This document shows, one piece after another, positions 19,150 through 28,300 of a DNA stretch of 51,572 nucleotides; position 1 is the stretch's first letter; every line of letters starts with the position of its first letter. The notes under the pieces were generated by a model. The model made no database searches. It saw nothing but the letters and a program-made list of their open reading frames with translations, and had not been told where the DNA came from. The stretch is taken from the NCBI RefSeq assembly GCF_035615515.1, contig NZ_JAJENT010000802.1, forward strand, positions 1-51,572, given 5' to 3'. The DNA is from Phormidium sp. CCY1219 (GTDB lineage: Bacteria; Cyanobacteriota; Cyanobacteriia; Cyanobacteriales; Laspinemataceae). The translations under genes and the position numbers were made by a program.

Positions 19150-21636
19150 ATGGGAAAGGCGATCGTTTTAAAAATAGTGGCGGGTGACTTTGACAGCGGA
19201 TTTCCCGTTGTGTTACAAGTCTTGGACGAGCGCGGCGGTCTTCCTTTGGCAGAACGCTCGGGTTATCTTCCACCGCATCCGCATTTGGAAGGATATTATT
19301 TCAATTGGCAAACTAGCTTTCGCAGTCTGACAAGTCAGAGAGGGAGGGATTGGGGAATCGATCCAGATTTACCCTCTAATGTTTCTAATGAATACGATAT
19401 AGAAGCTTGTCGCGAATATGCCAAATTGCTAGAAAAAAATATGAAAGAGTGGCTGCGGCAGACAGTTGATGCAGGATGTCTAAACATTAGAGAGAGATTG
19501 ATTGAGGATTTGGCGGAAAATAGGGGTAACGTTCGCATAACGATCCAAGCCAATCCCAAATTATGGAAGATGCCTTGGTTGGAGTGGGATATATTGTCAA
19601 AGTATGCCGATTTGGGGATTGGGTTTAGTCTGCTGGAGTATCAGAAACCCGACGCGATCGCTCGCAGTGGAAAGCAAGGTGCTGCCGTGCGAATTTTGGC
19701 GGTGTTTGGCAACAACGAGAATATTGATTTGACACCGGATAAACAGGCGATCGCGCAACTGCCGAATGTCGAGTTAGAACCGTTGGAGCAACCCTCGGCA
19801 GCAGAAGTGATTCAGAAGTTACGAGATAAGAGAGGATGGGATATTTTCTTTTTTGCCGGTCACAGTCAAACCAAAGGCGATGAGGGAATCATTTATATCA
19901 ACGAACGGGAAAGTTTAGAAATCGGACAGTTTAAGGAGGCGTTAAAGGAAGCGATTCGCCAGGGATTGCAATTAGCGATTTTTAATTCTTGCGACGGATT
20001 GGGGTTAGCGGAAAAGCTGGCGGGATTGCACCTGCCGATCGCGATCGTGATGAAAGAACCCGTGCCCGATCGGGTAGCGCAGCGCTTTTTAACAGAGTTT
20101 TTGAAGGAATATGCATCGGGAGCGTATTTATATACGGCGGTGAGGCAAGGGCAAAAATGTTTAGAAGAATTTATCGATTTACCGGGATGTACCGGGTTGC
20201 CGATCGTCTGTCAGAATCCGGCTGAAGTGCCGCCGACATGGGAGGAGTTGCGGGGTAGGGAAAGGGGAAGTGTATTGATTCCCGAATCGATAGAGATAAG
20301 CGATGCCGGAACTATTTTCCGCGATCGCGAAAAGCAAGTGCCGGATGAACTCACTGGTTCCTCAGTTCGCGATCGTAAAATTGTATGGAGAAAACTGGGT
20401 CGCTCATTAGCTGTGAGTTTTGCGATCGGGCTGTTTGTCCTCAGCGCACAATGGCAAGGAAAACTTGAAACCTGGGAACTGCAAGCCTTTGACCATTTAA
20501 TGAGGCAGCTTCCCGTGGAAGACATAGATCGCAGGCTTTTAATTGTGGGAGCCGATGAAACGGATTTGAGCTTGTATGGACACCCTTTACCGGATGCTAT
20601 TTTAGCAGAAGTTTTAGAAAAAATCAATGAGTATCAACCTGCGGCAATTGGGTTAAATATTATTCGCGATCGTCCAGTGGAAAACAGAAATTATCCCGGC
20701 GAACATAACGCTTTCCTGACTCAGATAAATACTTCATCAAAAAATGTGATTTTAGTCTGTTCTATCGGAAATGACTTAGACAGTAGCACAGAGCCTTTAC
20801 CAGGACTGGTGGATAGCGAGCGACAAGTGGGATTTATTGATGTGTTTGACGATCGTGATTTAGCCCTGGACAATCGCTTACGTCGCTATCTCTTATATCG
20901 CAGTGATAATCCAGTTCCCGAGCCTACGAAATGTCATACTCCTTATTCTTTAGTTTGGCATGTAGTGGAGCGTTATTTCCAACATCATCACTCTATTGAC
21001 GTGACCCTATCCCATAGCCACTCAAAATTTGGCTCAGTTGGGATTCAACGGATCGCAAATCGCAGTGGGGGATACCAGAATTTGGGGGAATATGCTAAAG
21101 GCAATCAAATACTGATTCGTTATCGCCATACTCCGGATCCGAATCAGATCGCTCACCAAATTACCGTGCGAGATGTGTTGGAACAACGCCATTCGTTTAA
21201 ACGATCTCGAATCGAAGGAAATGTTGTTTTGATTGGCATGACCGCTCCAACGTTACAGAAGTCGTTTTCTACCCCTTATGGGAAAATTAGCGGGTTAAAC
21301 ATTCATGCCCATGTAGTGAGCCAGATCCTTAGTACCGTTGAGGGGGAATTGAAGGGCAAAAATAAGCGACCCTCGATTTGGTGGTGGCCTCAATGGGTTA
21401 ATGCACTTTGGGTATTATTATGGTCATCTATTGGTGGAACGATCGTCTGGCGTTTTCAACAACCTTTACAGCGATGGGTAGCCATTAGTGGTGCTATTCT
21501 GATATTATATGGAGTCTGTTTGTTTGCCTTAACTCAAGGAGGCTGGATTCCACTAATACCAACCATTTTAACCCTCCTGACCCCCACCTTTTGCTTGAGT
21601 TTATATACCCTATTCAAGCTGAAGTCGTTTGATTAA
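19150..21636 (+). CDS. CHAT (caspase-like protease) domain fused to a CHASE2 sensor domain: N-terminal cytoplasmic CHAT, TM, periplasmic CHASE2, three C-terminal TMs
   Basis: CHAT His/Cys dyad context DIFFFAGHSQ .. LAIFNSCDGLGLA. TM helix LAVSFAIGLFVLSA. CHASE2 motifs LLIVGADETDLSLYG, VGFIDVFDDRDLALDNRLRRYLLY, VVLIGMTAPTLQKSFSTPYGKISGLNIHAHVVSQIL. A hydrophobic C-terminus gives three helices. Confidence 0.8.
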   Translation: MGKAIVLKIVAGDFDSGFPVVLQVLDERGGLPLAERSGYLPPHPHLEGYYFNWQTSFRSLTSQRGRDWGIDPDLPSNVSNEYDIEACREYAKLLEKNMKEWLRQTVDAGCLNIRERLIEDLAENRGNVRITIQANPKLWKMPWLEWDILSKYADLGIGFSLLEYQKPDAIARSGKQGAAVRILAVFGNNENIDLTPDKQAIAQLPNVELEPLEQPSAAEVIQKLRDKRGWDIFFFAGHSQTKGDEGIIYINERESLEIGQFKEALKEAIRQGLQLAIFNSCDGLGLAEKLAGLHLPIAIVMKEPVPDRVAQRFLTEFLKEYASGAYLYTAVRQGQKCLEEFIDLPGCTGLPIVCQNPAEVPPTWEELRGRERGSVLIPESIEISDAGTIFRDREKQVPDELTGSSVRDRKIVWRKLGRSLAVSFAIGLFVLSAQWQGKLETWELQAFDHLMRQLPVEDIDRRLLIVGADETDLSLYGHPLPDAILAEVLEKINEYQPAAIGLNIIRDRPVENRNYPGEHNAFLTQINTSSKNVILVCSIGNDLDSSTEPLPGLVDSERQVGFIDVFDDRDLALDNRLRRYLLYRSDNPVPEPTKCHTPYSLVWHVVERYFQHHHSIDVTLSHSHSKFGSVGIQRIANRSGGYQNLGEYAKGNQILIRYRHTPDPNQIAHQITVRDVLEQRHSFKRSRIEGNVVLIGMTAPTLQKSFSTPYGKISGLNIHAHVVSQILSTVEGELKGKNKRPSIWWWPQWVNALWVLLWSSIGGTIVWRFQQPLQRWVAISGAILILYGVCLFALTQGGWIPLIPTILTLLTPTFCLSLYTLFKLKSFD

Positions 21637-21652
21637 ACTAATGCACTGATTT

Positions 21653-22432
21653 GTGTTTCTATTTTCTATGATGAAACTGCTGATTCACTTGTTATTTGCG
21701 AGCGTCATTGCTCTTGCCAGTATGCTGAGGCTCCCTGCTTCCATGAGTACGGAAATGGGGGGACAACAAGTAGCCCAAGAGACAGAACCAACAGATCCAG
21801 GAACACCAAAAGGAACATCTGAACCAGCGGGAACCCGACCCGAATCAACTTGTCCGCCAACGGAAACACCTCTAACAGCCATTAATCATGGAAACGAGAG
21901 TGATTTTACCCTAGCGGAATATCCGATTTTTTTCTTTTATAATCCTTATTCCCGCGAAAATCTGGATGCCATTGAATTTTCCCTCTATGACAGAGCCGAA
22001 CGCCGCACTATTTATAGAACTGAGATAGAACCCCGTGAAAATCCAGGAATTATCCAACTGAGGATTCCCGAACAGGCTGATTATGGCTTAGAGGTTAATC
22101 AAACCTATCGGTGGTATCTTACCGCCTATTGTTCCGAACGCCGTACTGATGGCCCGGATGTGGAAATTAACGGCTGGATTCATCGCAAACCGATGACGGA
22201 ACAACTGGAGGCTGAGCTAGAAAATCCCTCGATTCCCCAATACATCACCTATATGAATGAGGGAATTTGGTACGATGCCGTTAGCCTTCTCGCCCAAAGT
22301 TATGCATCTAATCCACAGAACCAAACATTTAAAGAAGCGTGGGAGAATTTGTTGCAAGCGTTAGGTAGAGAACACTTGAGTCAAGAGCCATTGATTAACC
22401 CGGTGGTGAGTGGAGGAGAGGCAGACGAGTAA
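21653..22432 (+). CDS. secreted protein, DUF928-like (tentative)
   Basis: Signal peptide MMKLLIHLLFASVIALASM. About 230 aa remain in the mature part. It lies 16 nt after the CHAT-CHASE2 gene. Confidence 0.45.
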   Translation: MFLFSMMKLLIHLLFASVIALASMLRLPASMSTEMGGQQVAQETEPTDPGTPKGTSEPAGTRPESTCPPTETPLTAINHGNESDFTLAEYPIFFFYNPYSRENLDAIEFSLYDRAERRTIYRTEIEPRENPGIIQLRIPEQADYGLEVNQTYRWYLTAYCSERRTDGPDVEINGWIHRKPMTEQLEAELENPSIPQYITYMNEGIWYDAVSLLAQSYASNPQNQTFKEAWENLLQALGREHLSQEPLINPVVSGGEADE

Positions 22433-22542
22433 TACCTTGTTGGTAGCAAATCTCTCAATCTAAGATTTTCTGGTGTAGGGGCAATTCATCAATTAAACCT
22501 ACACTATTAATTGAGGCGCTATCCTCCTGGGGATTTGGACGT

Positions 22543-25359
22543 TTATCGCCAATTTCCGACTAAAATGTAAGGTGCCCAAGATTTGGGGTTTTGATACTTG
22601 AGAGTTTTTAAAAGAGCTTTTTGAGCGCGATGAAGTGCCTCAGCTTTCGTGACTCCCCTTTCGATGAATTCCAAATAAAACTGTTTCATCAGTTGATTGG
22701 TTGAGTCATCCTGAACTCGCCAAAGGGTAGCAAGGGTACTGCGAGTTCCGGCTCGGACTGCTAACCCGGCTAATCCTAAAGTAGCGCGGTTATCCCCATC
22801 GGCGGTTTTACAGGCACTCAAAACGAGTAATTCAATCGTGCTAGAGGGAGTGCGATCGCGAAGCAGTCTATCAAATTCGTTAGGTCGGATTAATTGACCA
22901 GTGGAGTTTGCTGAACCATAAACCAAGATATAAGTATTCTGTGGATTTGAACTAAATTGTCCATGAGTTGCCATGTGGACGATAGAAAACGATCCGATAT
23001 TTAACTTTTGTTTGAGTCGGGGCTGGGTAAACTCTGAGTTTAACAAAATTTGAGTCGAAACTAGATTGCTAATACTTTCTAGTTCAGTGCGGACATCTAG
23101 GGGTTGAAAGTTTTTATCTTCTACTGTTAGAGCTTCAGTAACTCCGGTTGCCAATACGCTGAGTTGGGCTGACTCTTGTTCTAAATCGAAAGTTTGTAAA
23201 TTTGGCAATAGAGCAATCGCATAATCCTTTTCCACTAAATATTTTTCGGTTTGGCGATCGTATAATGCTGCGATGGGAATATTTTTTAACTCCCCATCCA
23301 AGACAAAAACTAGGGTTTTGAGTTCAGCGCTAGTTTCTAAGGCGGGTTCTAGGGGTTGGATTAACCAGCGATAAAGATTATCAGAGTTCTCTAACAGATC
23401 TTCCAATGATGAAGGGTTGGCTAGTTTACGTCGGAGTGTTGCGACATTCTCTTGCACTTCTGCCCGAGGAATGGGAATCATCCGACGTTCTAATGATTGT
23501 TGGGGTAATTTAAACAAAACTTCTATCCGATTTGGCAAGAGAATCGGATAAATGAGGGCAGCATCTCGGGTAATCTCATTGAGCGATCGCTCAATTCGAG
23601 CCGATGAATCCAGCGATCGCCCGGCGTTAGAAACGGCTAGATTGCATTGCAGGAAGTTTTCGAGTTCAGCGAGTTGCAGCGCATCAATAAACTGAATTGC
23701 ATTTTGCAGGCGATCGCGATTTTGGTCAGCGGTTTGTAACAGCAGATCGACAAATTGCCGATACATGGGTTCAACATTATCTCTCAACGAAAACTGCACA
23801 TCGGCATTAACGGCCAATAAATCATTTCGCAGCGAATCTAGGATTTCAACGGCAGCGGTATAGTTACCGATCGCATCTTCTACATTCCCTTCACCCGCTA
23901 ACAACCGTCCCATCTGCCACTGCCACTGATATCTCAACTCTGGCGCATTACTTTGTACCGCTAACTCTAACGCTTCCTGAGTTAACGTTTTCGCTTTCTG
24001 TCTGTTTGGGTTATCTCCCTGCTTTTGCGCTTGTGGTGGCAAGAAAGATTCATAGCGTTTCCCTTGAGTCCCGATCGCATACGATTTTAGTCGCGCATCC
24101 CGTAATGTCTCCGCTTCTGTTACCGCCTGCTGCAATAATCCATCAATTTCTTCCCTCGAGACAAGCGCCAATTCTGCTGTCTCTCCCTGCCCTAATTTTT
24201 CGCACTGCATCAAACTACAGGCTAACTTAATTCGCGCTTCTACCAGTGGTTTACTCAGTTTCATCTCGCTCATCTGAGATTGAATCGCCGCCAATAAGGA
24301 TTGTAATTCTGTGCCTTGAGTTTCCGATTGACGCAGCAAACTGAAGAGATTTAATTGCGCTAGAAGTTTGATGGTAGGTGAAGGCGCGATCGCCAGCGCC
24401 TGGTGGTAATAATTTATTGCGGCTTTTCGATACTCCTCAGCCTCTTGTATCTCTCCATAGTCTTCTTTTTGTTTGGCTAAAGATTGTTGAGTATTAGCTA
24501 GGAAAAATAAGGTCAAGCTTTTTTCTCTCGGCGAATCGATTTGACTGATTAAAACCCAAGTATTCTGTAAAATTTGCTCCGATGCATCAAGCTGCCCGAT
24601 CGCTCGCAAAACATTTCCCAAACTCCGCAATGCGATCGCTTTGAGTTCCGGATTATATTCTCCCGCGAAATGCCGTTGCACCAATTCAATCTCTGACTCG
24701 GTTTCTATTGCATCACAAGACAAATTCTCTTCTGCGCCAACCACTTCCAATAACAGATTACAGGAGCGCCGATAATAGCCCATTTGTTCCAATGCCTGAG
24801 CTTGATTCACCAGTGCCCCGAGTTGTCCTTCTTCATCATTAAGGTGCTGGTATTCTGCTGCGGCATTTTCCCAACTGTCAAACGCGGTTTCTGCGTTTCC
24901 CAAAGCCAATAATAAATGACCTCGAGTATTCAATGCCACTGCACGAGCAATGCGATCGCCTCTTGTTTTTCCCATCCGTGCTAATTGCAGACTGGCCGAG
25001 CTGGCTTTTTCGGCATTGTCCCATTGTTTCAATTTTTGATAAGTTAAGGACAAATAACTCAATGCCAAAGACTGATTTAAGCGGTTGCCGTGTGCCGCAT
25101 AAAAATCCGCCGCTTGTTGGAGTGTTTCTGCTGCTTCAGAATAGAGATTGCGACGATAGAGTTCCCTCCCCCTTTCCATCAGTTGTTGGGGCGTAGCGGA
25201 TTGCGAGATAAGCTGGGACACTTCCCATGAGTGCCCTATCTGCAATCCGGGGATGCCGAGGGCGAATATTACCCCCAACATCCCTAACAGGAAGAATCTC
25301 AACCCCCGTTTCAGAACGGATTCCACCTGACGGAAAAATACACCCCATTTTCTTGCCAC
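22543..25359 (-). CDS. TPR-repeat CHAT-domain protease with an N-terminal signal anchor
   Basis: N-terminal TM (FFLLGMLGVIFALGIPGL). Several TPR units (YSEAAETLQQAADFYAAHGN..). C-terminal CHAT (SIVHMATHGQF .. LLVLSACKTADG). Confidence 0.85.
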   Translation of the reverse strand: MARKWGVFFRQVESVLKRGLRFFLLGMLGVIFALGIPGLQIGHSWEVSQLISQSATPQQLMERGRELYRRNLYSEAAETLQQAADFYAAHGNRLNQSLALSYLSLTYQKLKQWDNAEKASSASLQLARMGKTRGDRIARAVALNTRGHLLLALGNAETAFDSWENAAAEYQHLNDEEGQLGALVNQAQALEQMGYYRRSCNLLLEVVGAEENLSCDAIETESEIELVQRHFAGEYNPELKAIALRSLGNVLRAIGQLDASEQILQNTWVLISQIDSPREKSLTLFFLANTQQSLAKQKEDYGEIQEAEEYRKAAINYYHQALAIAPSPTIKLLAQLNLFSLLRQSETQGTELQSLLAAIQSQMSEMKLSKPLVEARIKLACSLMQCEKLGQGETAELALVSREEIDGLLQQAVTEAETLRDARLKSYAIGTQGKRYESFLPPQAQKQGDNPNRQKAKTLTQEALELAVQSNAPELRYQWQWQMGRLLAGEGNVEDAIGNYTAAVEILDSLRNDLLAVNADVQFSLRDNVEPMYRQFVDLLLQTADQNRDRLQNAIQFIDALQLAELENFLQCNLAVSNAGRSLDSSARIERSLNEITRDAALIYPILLPNRIEVLFKLPQQSLERRMIPIPRAEVQENVATLRRKLANPSSLEDLLENSDNLYRWLIQPLEPALETSAELKTLVFVLDGELKNIPIAALYDRQTEKYLVEKDYAIALLPNLQTFDLEQESAQLSVLATGVTEALTVEDKNFQPLDVRTELESISNLVSTQILLNSEFTQPRLKQKLNIGSFSIVHMATHGQFSSNPQNTYILVYGSANSTGQLIRPNEFDRLLRDRTPSSTIELLVLSACKTADGDNRATLGLAGLAVRAGTRSTLATLWRVQDDSTNQLMKQFYLEFIERGVTKAEALHRAQKALLKTLKYQNPKSWAPYILVGNWR

Positions 25360-28300
25360 GTTCTGTCCCTCGAATCAATCTCAACTAAAGGTAGACCCCA
25401 GTCTAACCGAGCAGAGAAGTCATTCCCCAGTTGCAATTGTAAACCCAATCCGGTGGAAAGTAACGTATTTTTATCCGGGTTGGCGCGATCGCCTTCATCC
25501 CAGTTCCACCCCACCCCCAAATCCACAAAGGGAATCACCTGCAAACTGCCTTGCAACTGGGGAAACTGGACAATCGGATATTGTAACTCTACCGAAGCAA
25601 AGGCCCCATTATCCACCAGTAATGCATCTTGGCGATAGCCCCGCACGCTATTGAATCCACCGACGCTAAACTGTTCTAATGGCAGTAGGGAATTCGTCGC
25701 TAACTGGATATCTCCGCGCAGGATGAGTAACGGATCTGTGCCCCCTGTTACGCCTAAACCGTCTAACCGACGCACCCACTGTCCCTGTCCCCGCCACGCC
25801 AAAAATCGGCTATCGGGTTCGTTGTCATTTACGGTGGCATCAAACCATCCGACACCCAAACTGAATTCGGACCGGGCGGCAAAGATTTGTTGACTGTCTT
25901 GCCATAAGGCATCTTGAAAGAATCGAATGGCAGAAACGCGGGTTTCACCGTTGTTGTTTGCGCCGGGGGAAAGGGGGAAATCTACGCCTAATAAAGAGGT
26001 TTCGCTTTCCCGACGCGAGGCGGTGATTCCTAATGCCAATTCGGTTCGAATTAAGTTGCTGGCATCTTGCAGGGATTGGTTGGGAGATTTGGGAATAATC
26101 CGTTGAATAATGGGTTGACGATAGCTGAGTTCGTAGGTGCGAGAATTCGCTTCGATATCCACTTCATCGAAAGGGGGTTCGACGATTTTGCTGTCGCCTG
26201 TGCTGTAGCGGAAAGTGAGGGTGCCATTGTTAGGGGTGAGGGGGAGGGCATACCCGAAATCTAAGTTGTTACTGCCATCGGTATTGGCATAGTTGAAGGT
26301 GGCAATGTCACCGAGTCCTAACAAATTGTATTGTGTGAGTTGCGCTTGACGACGCAAACTGCCAACCGAGGGCGATCGCCCGTTATCAATTGCCAATTGA
26401 GGGCTAAAAAATCGCGCTTTTTCGACGCTGACGGCGAGGAAACTGGTATCGGGTTCGATGCCTGCAGCAAGTTCGGCGGAGATGGTTTCCAGGCGGGGGT
26501 CGAATTGCAGGAGGTAGAGGGATTCTAGGAGGGTGTCGGTATTGACGATATCGCCGGGGTTTAATCCCAGACGGTTTCGCACGTAGGTGGCATATTGGTT
26601 GGTGAGGCGGGAGTTGCCGATGACGCGGATATCTTCGAGACGGTTTTCGATCGCTTGGATGGTGACGACGCGATCGCGCACGATTTGCGGCGGGAGAAAG
26701 GCCCCTGAACCGATATATCCTTGTTGTTCGTAAAAGGTGGCGATCGCTTCTGCTGCTTCCTGAAGTTCGGTAAACGTGAGATTGCGGTTGGTGTAAGGTT
26801 CGGTGATGGCGGCGAGTTGTTCGGGAGAAAGGGCGCTGCTGTCGCGCAGTTCAAATCGCGCTACGGTAAGGGTTTCGGGGACGGAAGCCACGGGAGTGGT
26901 GACAAGGGTTTTCGGTTGTTGTGCCGAGAGACAACCGGGGGAGAGTGAGGATTGATTGGTGAGGGGAGTGGCGGCGTCGGGTGCAATCAGTTCGAGTTCG
27001 CCGCGATCGTTGATTCTCATGCCGGTTGCTTCGATTTTGAGGATGCGGCGAGGTGGTACCGGTGAGGGAGTGTTGGGGAGGGGTTCTTCGGTGGCGGGTG
27101 TTTCCTCCAGTTGCAAGACGCGCCAATCTTCCCATCCCTCCCGAGGGGTGAGGGGATCGGTGGGACTGGCGGGGATGCCCCCTTTGCCGGTTTGGACAAA
27201 TTCGCTGTTTTGGACGATGCGACAGGGATCGCGATCGACGAGGGATGCTACATCTACGATTTCGTCTTCTAATTCGACAACGCCGCGACTGGGGTCGATG
27301 TCGGGAGTGTTGAGGGCAATTTGTCCGCTTAAGGTGGGATCGGTGCGCGAAATGGCGGTAATATCGCTGGTATCGGGGAGGTCTATAGTGGGGTCGAATT
27401 GACTCAAGTCAGCATCTAAAACGTTTTCCAATTCCTCTCGCGATCGCGGTTCTAATCCAAAGATTCCTTCAGCAGTAATATTAATAACGCCACCGCTGCC
27501 ATCAAAGGCATTGGCAGAAATATCGCTATTTTCTAAAGCAGCAATAATCTCGGTATTGATGTTAATATTACCGCCATTTCCAGGTAAATTTGCGGTTCCA
27601 GCAGTAGTGGAAATTTCGCTTTGGCGACGCAGGAACATATTATCGGATTCTACGATAACATTTCCTCCTTCACCGGAGGCAGTTTCTGCGGTGAGTCTTC
27701 CGGTCTCGAGACGGAATTCAGGACTGATAATTTGAAGATTGCCTGCTGCACCTCCGCCTAATGCGGCATCGACGGCTACTTTTGCTCGATCTTCGATATT
27801 TAATTGTTCGGTGGTAATGCTCAAGCTTCCCGCATTCCCCGTTCCGGTGGTGATAACGGTGATGCGACTGGGTAATAAACCGTCTGGATCTCGCGAGGGT
27901 AAGGGTTCAGTTGGGGGGATTGCCGATCGCCCAGTCACTTCAACAGAATCGGCATTAATAATCACAGAACCGCCTTGTCCATTGCCAAAAGTATCGGAGG
28001 AAATTGCTGCACCATCACCGACGATAACGCGATCGGCGGAAACCGTTATATCTCCTGCATCTCCCAGTTGAGCGACGGGGACTCGGGGATCCGGTCGAGA
28101 TTGACTAACTGCACCACTAGGCAATCCATCTGCATCGGTTCCGAGTAATTCTAGGGTTTCTGAAGCGTTTAAATTTAAAATGCCACCGCGTCCGGATCCT
28201 ACGGTGAGGACAGAAATTTGTCCGCCTTCTAACACCGTTAAATTGCGGGTATTGATGTTAATATTGCCGCCGGTAGATGTTCCAGTAGTTAAGGCAGTGA

